64,000 nt of DNA from Spirochaetia bacterium (GCA_965203905.1 CBDBDQ010000005.1:6688001-6752000), one strand, 5' to 3'; positions 27,097 to 38,547 are shown, numbered from the stretch's first letter. Made by a program: numbers and translations. The notes: a model not told the origin generated them from the sequence alone.

Positions 27097-27225
27097 TCCA
27101 CTGCTCCTACTGTCAACGTACCGTCACCCGTTGGGGGAGAGAAGTCCGCCAGGTTGCCGGGCGCATCCGGCGCATCGGGCACGCCGGCTTGACCGGCGCG
27201 CCGCGTCGGTCGAGTATCGGCTTCC

Positions 27226-28404
27226 ATGGCGAAGACCTATCGCGCCGCATTGCTGGGCTGCGGCAAACGGGGCACACACGCCTCGCGCGCTTATCGCTTC
27301 CACCCGCGCACCGAGGTGGTCGGACTGTGCGACCTGGACCGGGAGCGGCTGCGCCGGCTGGGCGACGAGCTGGGCGTCGACGCCCGCTTCGAGGATGTCG
27401 AGGCGATGCTCGCGGCCGTGGAACCGGATATCGTCATCGTGCCGGTGCAGACCGACCTGCACTTCCCGCTGGCGATGAGGGTGCTGGATTCGCGCGCCTG
27501 TCACCTGGACGTCGAGAAGCCGATGACGGTCGACCTGGCGCAGGCCGACGCGCTGCTGGCGCGGGCCGAGGAGCTCGGCAGGCAGATCGCCGTGCACCAC
27601 CAGGGCGGCTCGCGGCGCTCGCTCGGCGCCGTCAAGCAGGCGCTGGACTCGGGGCGCATCGGCGTGCCGCTGCACGTCACCTGCAACGGCAAGGGCTACT
27701 ACGGTGGCTACGAGCTGATGAACATAGGCACCCACATGCTCAACGCGTTGCTGGCCGTGACCGGGCCGTGCCGGCGGGTCACCGCCTCCCTGCTCACGGA
27801 CGGCCGCCCGATCACCGCGGAGGACGTGGTGCAGTCCCCCGCCGGCATGGGCACCATCGCCGGCCAGCAGATCACTGCCACCCTGGAGTTCGACGAAATG
27901 CTGACCGGCACGCTGCTCCAGCACATGTTCCCCGCCATCGACAAGGTGGCGATGGGCTTCGAGATCGCCGGCACCGAGGGGCGGCTGCGCTGGCACTACG
28001 GCGGCGGCTGGATCCAGCAGGTGCCGTGGGCGCTGCCGGACCGCGCCCGGTGGGAGGCGCTGCCAGAGCAACGCCTTCCGGCACGGTTGCCAAAGGGTGT
28101 CTCGGACGATGAGTACTGGTACGTGGACGACTACGTGAACGCGCTGGACACCGGCGGCAGCCATCCCAGCGACGGACACCGCGGGCGCCACATCATGGAG
28201 ATCATCCTCGCGATCTTCGAATCGGGCGCCTACCGGCGGCCGGTCACGCTGCCGCAGGCCGAACGCGACCACCCGCTGCTGCGCCTGCGCCGCGAAGCCG
28301 GCCTGGGCGCTCCCGACCCCGCCCCGCGGAAGTACCGGGACTGGCTCGCCGTGCAGGCCGCCAGGCATGGCTGGCCCGTCGAGCGCACGGGGGCGCTGCC
28401 ATGA
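27226..28404 (+). CDS. Gfo/Idh/MocA oxidoreductase
   Basis: LLGCGKRG, EKPM, GTHML. Confidence 0.88.
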   Translation: MAKTYRAALLGCGKRGTHASRAYRFHPRTEVVGLCDLDRERLRRLGDELGVDARFEDVEAMLAAVEPDIVIVPVQTDLHFPLAMRVLDSRACHLDVEKPMTVDLAQADALLARAEELGRQIAVHHQGGSRRSLGAVKQALDSGRIGVPLHVTCNGKGYYGGYELMNIGTHMLNALLAVTGPCRRVTASLLTDGRPITAEDVVQSPAGMGTIAGQQITATLEFDEMLTGTLLQHMFPAIDKVAMGFEIAGTEGRLRWHYGGGWIQQVPWALPDRARWEALPEQRLPARLPKGVSDDEYWYVDDYVNALDTGGSHPSDGHRGRHIMEIILAIFESGAYRRPVTLPQAERDHPLLRLRREAGLGAPDPAPRKYRDWLAVQAARHGWPVERTGALP

Positions 28405-28465
28405 TCGTGGGGTGACCGGACCCCGTGCCTTGTGCGAAACGCCGCCTTCATGTGAAACTGTATAT

Positions 28466-28708
28466 GTGAAAAATATCACAGTAGCGGTGGATGACGAGGT
28501 CCATCGCCGGGCCCGGATCAAGGCAGCCGAACGTGCAACGTCCGTGTCGGCGGTAGTTCGAGAGTTCCTCATCAACTGGTCCGGCGAGGAGACCGAGTTC
28601 GAGCGCCGCAAGCGATTGCAGGACGAAACGGTTGCCGCCATCGACACGTTCAGCGCCGGCGATCGGCTGCCGCGAGAGCAGGTGCACCGGGATGCCGGCT
28701 TTCGTTGA
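28466..28708 (+). CDS. Ribbon-helix-helix (VapB-like) antitoxin
   Basis: KNITVAVDDEVHRRARIKAAERATSVSAVVREFL; overlaps the PIN gene. Confidence 0.85.
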   Translation: MKNITVAVDDEVHRRARIKAAERATSVSAVVREFLINWSGEETEFERRKRLQDETVAAIDTFSAGDRLPREQVHRDAGFR

Positions 28709-29060
28709 CACCAACGTGCTCCTGTACTTCGTGAGCACGACGGCGAGCCAGGCGAACAAGCGTTCGACCGCACGCGCCATCCTGGATCGAGACGATCTGG
28801 TGTTGTCGGCGCAGGTGCTGCGGGAGTTCTACGTGCAGGCTACCAGAACGACGAAACCAGACCGCCTCGCGCACTCGCCCGCTGCCGCGCTCATCGAGTC
28901 ATGGCTGCGTTTCCGGATCATCGAAACGACCGTGCCGCTGGTGCAACACGCGCTGGCGACGGCGGAGCGGTCGCAGATCTCCTACTCTGATCCGGCAGTA
29001 GTGGAGGCCGCCCGAACCGGGTAGTTGCTCGACCCATTATTCAGAGTACCTGCACCCGCA
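28692..29060 (+). pseudogene. PIN/VapC toxin, frameshifted near the C-terminus
   Basis: FVDTNVLLY, SAQVLREF; ISYSDP replaces ISYWDA; stop at 29024, then GCSTHYSEYL (GCxxxxSEDL-like) in another frame. Confidence 0.75.
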
Positions 29061-29450
29061 ACGTTCTCCACAGGACGGAGAGTGACCCGCAGCTCGCAGG
29101 TCTCGCCCTCCAGATCCCCGCGCAGGATGTAGGTGTCGGCTTCGCGCAGCCCGGGTAGGCCTCGTGGTCAATCGTTACGTCGGACCGGATGCGGGACGAC
29201 GACTTGATCCGCCGGCGGCCATGGACACGGACTCTGCCCCAGCCGCGGAAGAGCTGCCCGTGGTCGCAGGACAATATCCCACGCGACGACCATGGCACCG
29301 CCGAACCTCTCGGCACCCCGCAGTCACCCAAAGAGACCCCTCCCACCCTACACGGGCAATGTGGCACCGTGGACAACCGCAGCAGGTTAACGACAATGCG
29401 ATGCATTGCCACCAACATCGACGGTGTCAACGGTCTCAAACGACGGTGCG

Positions 29451-29479
29451 TTGACAACCGACGGAATACCGCTTAGTCT
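29451..29479 (+). promoter_or_regulatory. Putative sigma70 promoter of the island dppBC
   Basis: TTGACA-N17-TAGTCT. Confidence 0.5.
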
Positions 29480-29548
29480 ACGACCCGCAACAAGCAGCCG
29501 AGACATCTCGTGAAGTGCGTATTCGCAGAGACAACATAGGCACCTAAA

Positions 29549-30544
29549 ATGAAGCTCAGCAGATATGTACTAGTACGATTTGGCCAAATGCTGCTACTAA
29601 TTATTGTTGTTTCCATATTGAGCTTTTTGATAATCCAACTACCGCCCGGCGATTATCTTACCGTGCTTAAGTCGCAGCTACAAATGGAGTATATGGATGA
29701 GGAAACGATCCAGCGAACCCTTGCGGCAATTAATGAACGATTTTCACTAGATGAACCTCCATACATGCAGTATATCAAGTGGGTCAGCGGGATTCTCAAG
29801 GGAGATCTTGGTTATTCTTTCGCATTACGCGATAAAGTAGGCAAGTTGATCGGGGAAAGGATTGGACTAACCATCCTCATCTCTTTTTGTACCATGCTCT
29901 TCACTTGGTTCGTCGCGATACCAATCGGTGTATACTCTTCGATTCGCCAGTACTCGATTGGTGATTCCATCTTTACATTCATTGGATTCATCGGCCTAGC
30001 TACTCCAAATTTCCTACTTGCTCTGATACTTATGTACATCGCTGTCACGGTATTCGACGCAGCTGGCATAGGAGGACTTTTTTCCAGGGAGTTTGCGCTT
30101 TCACCGTGGTCGATCGCAAAGTTCTGGGACCTGCTCAAACATCTGTGGCTACCGGTAGTAATCGTTGGGACCGCCGGCACCGCAGAAATGATCAGGGTAA
30201 TTAGAGCTAGGATGCTCGATGTTCTCGGCGAGCCCTACATCAACACCGCTCGTATGAAGGGTATTAGCGAACACAAAGTAATCCTGAAACATGCGCTTCG
30301 GGTAGCCTTTAATCCAGTTATAAGCAGAGCCGGAATGAGTCTGCGAGATATCATAAGTGGAGAGCTGATCACCGCTGTGGTTCTTGCTCTACCTACGATA
30401 GGTCCTTTGCTGCTTAGATCTCTACTAGCTGAAGATATGTATCTGGCTTGCACCATTCTAATGATTTTGGCGATTGCTCTTGTGGTGGGCAACTTTGTTG
30501 CTGATCTGCTTCTAGTTTGGTTAGATCCGCGAATACGTTTTTGA
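29549..30544 (+). CDS. ABC permease (DppB-like)
   Basis: LPPGD, GDLGYS, TARMKG, DPRIRF. Confidence 0.92.
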   Translation: MKLSRYVLVRFGQMLLLIIVVSILSFLIIQLPPGDYLTVLKSQLQMEYMDEETIQRTLAAINERFSLDEPPYMQYIKWVSGILKGDLGYSFALRDKVGKLIGERIGLTILISFCTMLFTWFVAIPIGVYSSIRQYSIGDSIFTFIGFIGLATPNFLLALILMYIAVTVFDAAGIGGLFSREFALSPWSIAKFWDLLKHLWLPVVIVGTAGTAEMIRVIRARMLDVLGEPYINTARMKGISEHKVILKHALRVAFNPVISRAGMSLRDIISGELITAVVLALPTIGPLLLRSLLAEDMYLACTILMILAIALVVGNFVADLLLVWLDPRIRF

Positions 30545-30578
30545 TTAGTTGAGAGGTCGGTTAGTCTGTGGAGGCTTG

Positions 30579-31664
30579 ATGAGCTCACGAATTGCGGCTA
30601 TTGACACTACCCAGACTGTATCCTATTGGAGCTTGATCCGACAGAAGTTCCTTAGAAATAGAGCTGCTGTCGCGGGAATCTCAATCATGACGCTTTTCTA
30701 TCTCATAGTGCTCCCCGCTGAGTTCACAGCTCCATACCATCTTCAAGCAAGACATCGTGACCTTGTTGCCGCTCCACCGCAGAAGGTGCACTTCATAGAC
30801 ATGGAGAATGGTTTTAGTCTCCGCCCGTTTGTATATGGATTGAACAAAGCTCGCGATCCTAAGAGCTTTCGGAGAGTTTATACCGTAGATACAAGCCTTA
30901 AGTTTGATATTCGGCTTCTTCATCATGACAGTAAAGGTGTTCTACATTTGTTTGGGGTGAGAGATGGATATGTCTTCCTACTTGGGACCGATCTGCAAGG
31001 ACGCGATATGTTGTCGCGGGTCATATATGGCGGAAGAATATCGCTCACAGTTGGCTTATTGGGTGTTCTTATTTCTTTGACGATCGGCACGGTAATTGGT
31101 TTAGTATCTGGATATTTTGGTGGCCACGTCGATAGCATTATTCAGCGTTCCATCGAGATCTTAATGAGTTTTCCGAGCATCCCATTATGGCTCGCATTAT
31201 CGGCGGCGCTTCCGGCTGAGTGGAATCCAATTAAGGTCTTTTTTGCTGTCACCATAATACTATCGGTGATCGGCTGGGGAGGCTTGGGTCGAGTTGTAAG
31301 AGGCATCACACTAGCTATGAAAACTGAGGAATATGTCGAGGCAGCGAGAATGAATGGTGCTACTACCTGGTGGATCCTGTGGCGACACCTGTTACCTGGC
31401 AACCTCAGCTATATAATCGTGCAAGCTACACTCGCCGTACCTAGCATGATACTCGGCGAGACCGCCCTGAGCTTCTTGGGATTGGGAATCCGGCCTCCCA
31501 TGACAAGTTGGGGAGTGCTGCTTAAGCAGGCTCAGGATACTACGGTCATCGCCCACCAACCTTGGCTGATCCTTCCTGTAGTTTTGGTCGTAATAAGTGT
31601 TCTTTGCCTGAATTTCATCGGAGACGGGATGAGAGATGCGGCGGATCCGTTTTCCCGTCACTAG
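30579..31664 (+). CDS. ABC permease (DppC-like)
   Basis: LGTDLQGRD, EEYVEAAR, ETALSFLGLG, GDGMRDAADP. Confidence 0.92.
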   Translation: MSSRIAAIDTTQTVSYWSLIRQKFLRNRAAVAGISIMTLFYLIVLPAEFTAPYHLQARHRDLVAAPPQKVHFIDMENGFSLRPFVYGLNKARDPKSFRRVYTVDTSLKFDIRLLHHDSKGVLHLFGVRDGYVFLLGTDLQGRDMLSRVIYGGRISLTVGLLGVLISLTIGTVIGLVSGYFGGHVDSIIQRSIEILMSFPSIPLWLALSAALPAEWNPIKVFFAVTIILSVIGWGGLGRVVRGITLAMKTEEYVEAARMNGATTWWILWRHLLPGNLSYIIVQATLAVPSMILGETALSFLGLGIRPPMTSWGVLLKQAQDTTVIAHQPWLILPVVLVVISVLCLNFIGDGMRDAADPFSRH

Positions 31665-31748
31665 TGAAAGCGCAGGAGGGATGTGTAGGCGCCCATTGGC
31701 GATTCGTCTACATCGCGTACCACCGCCAAAATCGAATTCGGAGCAACT

Positions 31749-33632
31749 ATGAATATCACAAAATGCCACGACAGCCAGTACGGAAGGCTCGACGTCACGC
31801 CAACTGGACCGATCCCGGCTGGAGTGAACGAAAAATTCCAGTTCAAATACACTGCAGGGCCTGCCGGGATTTCCGAGGGTGGGAAGATTCACATTCTTGA
31901 GCGTCATGCCAGTGACTGGGGAACCCCTCAAATGGACAACCCGGAAGCGCCCAACTACATGTGGGTAAGCGCTCCTGACGGCCGCGAGTGTGAATTGGAT
32001 TACTTCTATAGCTGGATACACGGACCATACTATCCGTGGAGAAGGGTCACCGAGATCAGACTTTCCAAGGGATCGCTCATTGACGGCGACATTGTTACTC
32101 TACATTGGGGTGGCAAGCTTGGTTTCGAGGTCTCACGGTATTCCGTGCAATACCCATTCTTGGTCGTCGTCGATCCCCACGGCAACGATGAAGAGCGTTA
32201 TGTCTTCTCCGAAAAAATCATCGTGCGTATCGTAGGATATACACCAGCGCGTCTAAAAATTTCTATTCCGTCGGAGATTCGCGATGACACCAGGATCACT
32301 GCCTCACTAAAAGTCGAGGACGAATATGGAAATCCTGTAGATCGGTTCAGTGGACACGTAAGACTCACTGGCGCCGACCACAGCCAAGTACCGGACTTGG
32401 ATCGCGAAATCCATTTTGCAGCGGAGGATGGGGGTCTAAAAAAGGTTGCACTCGATGTCCGCAAGCGAAGCACGTACTTCACCATACAGGGGCAGATTGA
32501 TGGTGGAGCGTTTTTTCGTAGCAACCAAGCCAAACTCATCGACGGGCCCACCGAATACAACCTGGTATGGGGCGATGTGCATGCCCATTGTCTGGATGGA
32601 ATCGGTATGGCCACACTACAGGAATGTTACGAATACGCGCGAGATGCAGCCTGCTTGGACTATATTGCAATTGCTGCCAACGATGCTTTCATTACCGATG
32701 ATTGTTGGGAAAAGTACAAGAAGCTGGCGGATGAAAATCATAGAGACGGAGAATTCGTCACCTTTTTGGCTTATGAATGGCATGGTGTCTCGGCCAAGGG
32801 TGGCGATCATGTGGTGGTCTTCAGGAATACCGACGAGCCTATCCATCGCTCATCCAGATTCTCGGTGGGAATCAACGATGATTTGATTGAGGGCGACCCG
32901 AACCGCAACGAAGACTATACAGATGCCGACACTATCGAGGAACTGTACGAGCTGTTAAAGGACAAACGCGTGTTCTTGGTGCCGCACGTATGTGGATTCA
33001 AGGCAGATCTCGACAGACACTATGAATCGATCGAACCCATTGTCGAGATATGGTCACACCACGGCGACTTCACGGATTTTGGGGAAGACGCGCTGCGTAG
33101 AGGATACCGGGTAGGATTGATTAGCAACTGTGATGATCACACCGGGCATACCGGTGACTCGTATCCCTATTACCGCGATCGTCCCATGATTTATGATTTG
33201 CATGAGGATCCGTATCCCGGAAAGAGGGAGATGCAGCACGGGGGAGTGACGGGCGCCTATATCAGAGGGCCGATGACACGTGATTCGGTTCTTGAGGCTT
33301 ATTATTCGCGCCGTGTGTACGGCACTTCGGGTGTCAAAATATTGTTAAACTTCACTCTAAACTCTTCCCCTATGGGAAGTGTAGTACCACTTACGGATCC
33401 AAGAATGCGAAAGCATCTTGAAATCGAAGCGGCAGGCACCTCAAGAATAACTAAAGTCGAGATCAGTAAGAATCTAGAGATTATTGAGACCGTTGAAGTA
33501 AATGCACTTACAACCAAGGTCGAGTTTGATGATACTCAAGCTGCAAACGAAGGAGACTACTATATCGTCAAAGTGTTTCAGGACGATTACAACTTGGCTT
33601 GGTCTTCTCCGATCTGGTTAAAATCGTCCTGA
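31749..33632 (+). CDS. DUF3604-like PHP-fold metallohydrolase
   Basis: WGDVHAH, LAYEW, GDHVV, PH, EIWSHHG, DDH, AWSSPIW. Confidence 0.75.
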   Translation: MNITKCHDSQYGRLDVTPTGPIPAGVNEKFQFKYTAGPAGISEGGKIHILERHASDWGTPQMDNPEAPNYMWVSAPDGRECELDYFYSWIHGPYYPWRRVTEIRLSKGSLIDGDIVTLHWGGKLGFEVSRYSVQYPFLVVVDPHGNDEERYVFSEKIIVRIVGYTPARLKISIPSEIRDDTRITASLKVEDEYGNPVDRFSGHVRLTGADHSQVPDLDREIHFAAEDGGLKKVALDVRKRSTYFTIQGQIDGGAFFRSNQAKLIDGPTEYNLVWGDVHAHCLDGIGMATLQECYEYARDAACLDYIAIAANDAFITDDCWEKYKKLADENHRDGEFVTFLAYEWHGVSAKGGDHVVVFRNTDEPIHRSSRFSVGINDDLIEGDPNRNEDYTDADTIEELYELLKDKRVFLVPHVCGFKADLDRHYESIEPIVEIWSHHGDFTDFGEDALRRGYRVGLISNCDDHTGHTGDSYPYYRDRPMIYDLHEDPYPGKREMQHGGVTGAYIRGPMTRDSVLEAYYSRRVYGTSGVKILLNFTLNSSPMGSVVPLTDPRMRKHLEIEAAGTSRITKVEISKNLEIIETVEVNALTTKVEFDDTQAANEGDYYIVKVFQDDYNLAWSSPIWLKSS

Positions 33633-33832
33633 TCTGCGCCCAAGACTGCGCGAGTCCTACTCAACCGGGGCCACGGGCGACCAGTTGTTCGCCGTGATCG
33701 ACGATGGCCCCGTCCAGTCAACCACAACTTTGGACCAAACTCAAGGCCGCTGAAGCGACTCCCCAACCGCTCATCGGCTCGGCAGCACAGTTCGCGTACC
33801 TCAAGACTGTGGATGCTTCCCACTGCCGGCTA

Positions 33833-36418
33833 TTAGCCCACGCCGCCTTTAAGCTCCACTATCTTGTACGGCAACTCCTCTTCCCACGATGGCCAAAGCC
33901 ATCCACCACCCTCCGGCGGTAACATCTCAAGGTAGAACATAAGGTCCCAACGATCGGGAATCTCTCGCTTATCTATTACATACAAAAACTGATTCATGAG
34001 ATTTCTCTTCATTGGCGCTTCGATCCAGTCCAGTTTATTGTTTACCGCGCGATAGTGAATAACCACCTGTTCTACCAGGACACCTCCTTCAATGAGGACC
34101 TTTATTGGTATATCGACTGTGCGCTGCACTGACTCTGGATAAATCAGCTTCAATTTCGGAACCGGACGTCGTGCGGTCTCGCCAGCAAAAATGGTGCATG
34201 CCTCATACAATGTCTCATCTCTCTCCAGAAGCTCTACCACATGCCTTACGTCTCGCTCTACGACGGGTACAAAATCCTTCCAATGAGTACCCTGGTATGG
34301 TAGTGCCAACGTCTGCTGCCCAAACACCAGCTTCTTATTGTACACGCCGTCCGTGTGATGAACAATCTCCTTCCATATTGCTGCTGCATTTTCAATGTGC
34401 GTCCTTGCCTGCATCAGACGCCCTTTATTCTCGGTAAACTCGTAGAACCCGAGATGGGTCGCAGCCAACAACTTCTCTGCATGAAATTCAGCCAGGAAAC
34501 CAGCGATTCTAAAGTCCAAAACCGTTGCTTTGAATTCAGCTGAAATCGTTCTAGCATTGATACGCTCAGCATCTGCAACCGCGTGATGCGTCGCACAGCC
34601 TAGTTGTTTAAGGCTTGTGCTAACTTGAAAAGGAGTCCACTTGCCACCAACGGAACCTCGCACCGCATCCTCGACATAGCCTGAAACATCCTCCTGCCAA
34701 CTCTCGCTGTCCCAGGACGGCGTCTCTCTAAAGCTCCTAATGGCGTAGAATTGAGACGTGTCCCCTGGTTGTACCAACGCATATTCCGCAAGTGGATAGC
34801 CCGGCTCCAGTTCATGCCATAGGCGCCACTCGCTAGCCGAAGCCATTCGTGTTGCGGTAATAAGGGGTATAATTTTGCCCGCTACACGATACGCTCTTTC
34901 AATGCTACCAGCAGCCGCCTGAAATCTGCTACCCAGCTCGCGTTGGTAAATCTGCGGCGCGCAGTCCGGATTATATCCAAAGCGCCCGAATACCAAATAG
35001 AACATCCAATAGCGTTCATATTCATGGTGATACGATTCGTAAGTGGGATCCACAAAAATACGCCAATCTCCCGGTGCATCACCATATCCTTTATTACTGA
35101 GGGGTGCGAATACCTCGAATCCGATGCCGCTTCCGAATTTGCAGCTCCTAGCGAAACGCTCAGCATATTCGGGATCACCCCATAGCAGCAAGCGGTGACT
35201 ACCTACGGTCCAAAGTCGATACATAACGTCATAGGAGCGAGGAGTAGCGAGAATGTCTCCATATCCATACCGTGTTTCATCGCGATAGTTACTGTCAATG
35301 GAAGCTGGGTGATACGGCAGTCCCATGTGTTCCTGCCAATACTTGGTCGACACAATCACCTCTAAGCCCTCGCTGAGAGCGGCCTGTATCGTACTCCCTC
35401 TTAATCCCTTCAGCCGCAAGTCTACGCGCATCGGCCGACCACTGTTCCGCATAGCCTTAAATTGTGCCGAAAAAAAATCGGTCTGCAATTGCTCTGATAT
35501 GCCACACTCATTATTGACACGAAATTGCACACACTTTATATTCGGACAAGCAATCAGCAGCTTGTTCAAGGCGATCGCACAGTATTCTTTTGGATATTCA
35601 GGCAGTCCGTCTACGTCTATGTCACTTAATCCCGGAACCTGGCCTAACTCAGGCAACCAGCCGCACTGCATCCATATTGAGAAAGTAAAATCAATACCAT
35701 AATCGCATGCCAGATCTGATATGTACTTTAGCATTTCTAGATTTCGACTCTGTTCATCTTGTCGAAGGTGTCTTGCTCTTATGTAAGGAAACTCTGGCAC
35801 ATCTATAAGATAGGGATAGGGAGGGTTTAGATAGGTTGTGTGATCGGCGAATGTTAAGGCGAAAGTGTTGAACCGATGCACCGCTAGCATTCCAAAATAC
35901 TGCCGCCAGAAGTCCTTATCATAATACCATTGTTTCTCCAAGTCACGATTGAATAGATGAATTGTGACTCCCCGAATCTTAAGAAATGGGGTTTCCGAGG
36001 CATCGCTGATTTTGAGGAACGGATTGATCCCGGTTGCGGCAAGCTCAATGCAACGAGCAACGTCCAGCAACGCATACATCAGGCCCTTAGCATCTCTTCC
36101 AGCGATGATCTTTAGCGTTGCAGGGCCCCTTGTTATGCTCTTAATGCAGTATGCTTCTGCCGTATCGGTTAAACTTCCCGATATTGCGCTTTGAACTTCG
36201 CTACTACAAAAATCAGAATCCGTACCAACAATACCTATGAGCACCGATGGAGTAGTAAGTCCCTCCATATCATGGGCTATGGAATAGCGAACACCTTTAC
36301 TTCTTAGTGCCCGAGTTAGCCTGAGTAAGCCATGCCTGGCTGGAGCGCAGAGATCAGCTTCTGTCATAAGTTTCAGCACGGCCTCTTTAGGCCATGTTCC
36401 GCTCTCGAATACGTCCAT
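33833..36418 (-). CDS. Large uncharacterised glycoside-hydrolase-like protein
   Basis: GH20/67-type N-domain (EAYCI...IAGRDAKGLMYA), then FWRQYFGMLAVHRFN and STKYWQEHMGLPY. Confidence 0.6.
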   Translation of the reverse strand: MDVFESGTWPKEAVLKLMTEADLCAPARHGLLRLTRALRSKGVRYSIAHDMEGLTTPSVLIGIVGTDSDFCSSEVQSAISGSLTDTAEAYCIKSITRGPATLKIIAGRDAKGLMYALLDVARCIELAATGINPFLKISDASETPFLKIRGVTIHLFNRDLEKQWYYDKDFWRQYFGMLAVHRFNTFALTFADHTTYLNPPYPYLIDVPEFPYIRARHLRQDEQSRNLEMLKYISDLACDYGIDFTFSIWMQCGWLPELGQVPGLSDIDVDGLPEYPKEYCAIALNKLLIACPNIKCVQFRVNNECGISEQLQTDFFSAQFKAMRNSGRPMRVDLRLKGLRGSTIQAALSEGLEVIVSTKYWQEHMGLPYHPASIDSNYRDETRYGYGDILATPRSYDVMYRLWTVGSHRLLLWGDPEYAERFARSCKFGSGIGFEVFAPLSNKGYGDAPGDWRIFVDPTYESYHHEYERYWMFYLVFGRFGYNPDCAPQIYQRELGSRFQAAAGSIERAYRVAGKIIPLITATRMASASEWRLWHELEPGYPLAEYALVQPGDTSQFYAIRSFRETPSWDSESWQEDVSGYVEDAVRGSVGGKWTPFQVSTSLKQLGCATHHAVADAERINARTISAEFKATVLDFRIAGFLAEFHAEKLLAATHLGFYEFTENKGRLMQARTHIENAAAIWKEIVHHTDGVYNKKLVFGQQTLALPYQGTHWKDFVPVVERDVRHVVELLERDETLYEACTIFAGETARRPVPKLKLIYPESVQRTVDIPIKVLIEGGVLVEQVVIHYRAVNNKLDWIEAPMKRNLMNQFLYVIDKREIPDRWDLMFYLEMLPPEGGGWLWPSWEEELPYKIVELKGGVG

Positions 36419-36573
36419 GATTTCGCTTTCCGCCTTCTCAACTTCGGAGATGTGTTAGGTTTCGAGTGGCCGCGGCCGCTTTTCTGCGCCGATTGCTCGC
36501 AGCGAGTCGCTGGCGCCCCATCACATCAGGATCGCGACAGCAGCGCACTCAAGTCCTTCGTCATGGATGCCGC

Positions 36574-38547
36574 TTAGCGCCCAGAACCGGAATCGAACGT
36601 AAATAGTCTGCCGTCACGAACAATTCCAAAATCTCTCGCCTTTATCGTATTGTTCTGATAACAAAACTCTTCTCTGCTGAAATTCGCAATTATGGTTGTC
36701 CCATCTTCAAAAACCGTCTTTTGAACTCCATCAGTCCAGTAACATCCATCGTTCGTAGCCACCACTTGCGAATCTGAAATAAATTTGTGCTCGATCATCT
36801 CCGAGCAGAAAGTCTCGCGCAACGTCGTTGAAAGGAATTTTGAGATATTCTCAAGAGAAAACGGAAGCGTGTTATACAGAGCAACATACAGCAAATACTC
36901 GTCGCCGTAGAACATCTGTCTACTCTCCGTAAGAAAATTGAGCACCGAATCATGATACACGAGCTGAAAAAGAGGAATAGGGATGGGCCTCTGAGACCCT
37001 CCAAAGGAATAGTCGAAGAAGTGAACGCGAATAAACGCCCCCAAATCAACCACGCCAGCCAAGAACCCCTTTGGTGTAGACTCCGTCGCCACGGCGCCGA
37101 AATATCTCTTCGCTAATCTGAACACCTGCTCCCTTAACTTAGCATCGGCTTGCCTCGTCAGCGGATGCGCTCCGTCGAAGCACTCATAGAGCGATGTCTT
37201 GCCTCCCATAACATCGATGTAGATGGAGCCCTTGCCCACCATTTCCGCGATCCGGGGCATGTCCCGCTGCGCGAACCTTAGGCTCTCCGCGCTACAAATT
37301 GCGTAGCTCTTGCCACCTGCCCACATTCCTTTGTCAAGAAACTCCCCATGCCGCCCCTTGACAAGATAATCAGCGCTCCACTCCGGTGACCTCTTGTAAG
37401 CCTGCGAATAATTGTCGTGAACCGAAAACGTATAGCCGTCGCTTAAACTCTTTGCCCAGTCAGCTACCGTCCTAAATTCTTGCTCCGGGCCACGCCCCGC
37501 GTCACTCGCGAATCGCGCTGGCAATCCTGCATCGAAGCCTCCTGCCAACCAACCGGTGTTGTATACCACCAGCCTGTCGAACCCGCGCTTCTTAGCGGTC
37601 GTAAATACTTCTTCGGCGGTCCAGTTAGCTGGCTTCCCTTCATACACTGCCTGTCTAGGATCCATCACATACAGGCTGTAGTCCTTGCGTACTCCCGGAG
37701 GTCTTTCTTTGCAGAACACATTATGTTTCCAGACCACCGCTCCAACCAGATTCTCTACTTCGGGATGCTCCGCTATCTTCTCCTTCAAAGAAACGAAGCG
37801 ACGCCCTTCAACTAATCGTTTGCGGTAGGTTTTGGCCACATCAACATGCGTAACTTGCTGCATGAAGACGTATTCAACTGACCGTCTATAGTTAAGTCGG
37901 CCCTGTTCAAAAACAAATACAGGGCTGATTCCTACCTCTCTCTTCGAATTCTGATTGACCGACGTTCGAAACCTACAATCAAAAGGAGTGTCTACGATGC
38001 AGGTCATCCCGTGATTCCCGCGCAATATCCCGAATATTGGCATATTCAAGAAACCGTATATCCAATGATCCAGGCGGCCGCTGTATCCGTGCGGGAACCT
38101 GAGCATGATGCCGGCTCCATAAGGAAGCACAAGCTCACCTGGTTCACAGCTTCTGAATCCACCCAAATCGCATGGGAAGGCTATTTCGAGCTGCTCTTCA
38201 TCCATATTGTCAATGGGATCGATTGCTAGCACCAAAGAATTCTTACGCAGCGCAATCTCCAGATTGACAAGCAAATTTGGTCCGTTTTCAGGGGTTTGAT
38301 AATAGTGTCCCGGCCACCTCTTCCAGTACTTGAAATTATGCAGTGTGATGCTTATGCGATCTTGTGCCTTCGCAAATGCCGCCATGCAGTAACTTGGCGG
38401 CACCACGATGTGTCCGCCGTAGACGATTTGAAATAGATTCCTGCAGCTCCACGCAAAAGAGCTTTGCTTGTCGAAGACTACCAGAGAAAGAGTCTCTCTG
38501 TCGATCCGGACGTCCAACAACTCATTCTCTACGCAAATCGCAGCCAT
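36574..38547 (-). CDS. DUF5696/GH101-like glycoside hydrolase
   Basis: GW..GGFD, SVHDNY, WAGG, IYIDV, PIPLFQLVYHD, FEDGTTIIANF. Confidence 0.65.
   Translation of the reverse strand: MAAICVENELLDVRIDRETLSLVVFDKQSSFAWSCRNLFQIVYGGHIVVPPSYCMAAFAKAQDRISITLHNFKYWKRWPGHYYQTPENGPNLLVNLEIALRKNSLVLAIDPIDNMDEEQLEIAFPCDLGGFRSCEPGELVLPYGAGIMLRFPHGYSGRLDHWIYGFLNMPIFGILRGNHGMTCIVDTPFDCRFRTSVNQNSKREVGISPVFVFEQGRLNYRRSVEYVFMQQVTHVDVAKTYRKRLVEGRRFVSLKEKIAEHPEVENLVGAVVWKHNVFCKERPPGVRKDYSLYVMDPRQAVYEGKPANWTAEEVFTTAKKRGFDRLVVYNTGWLAGGFDAGLPARFASDAGRGPEQEFRTVADWAKSLSDGYTFSVHDNYSQAYKRSPEWSADYLVKGRHGEFLDKGMWAGGKSYAICSAESLRFAQRDMPRIAEMVGKGSIYIDVMGGKTSLYECFDGAHPLTRQADAKLREQVFRLAKRYFGAVATESTPKGFLAGVVDLGAFIRVHFFDYSFGGSQRPIPIPLFQLVYHDSVLNFLTESRQMFYGDEYLLYVALYNTLPFSLENISKFLSTTLRETFCSEMIEHKFISDSQVVATNDGCYWTDGVQKTVFEDGTTIIANFSREEFCYQNNTIKARDFGIVRDGRLFTFDSGSGR

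Noticed and set aside
33633-33832. Higher-GC spacer between convergent island genes as an IS remnant
   Set aside because: No inverted repeats, target duplication or transposase motif identifiable
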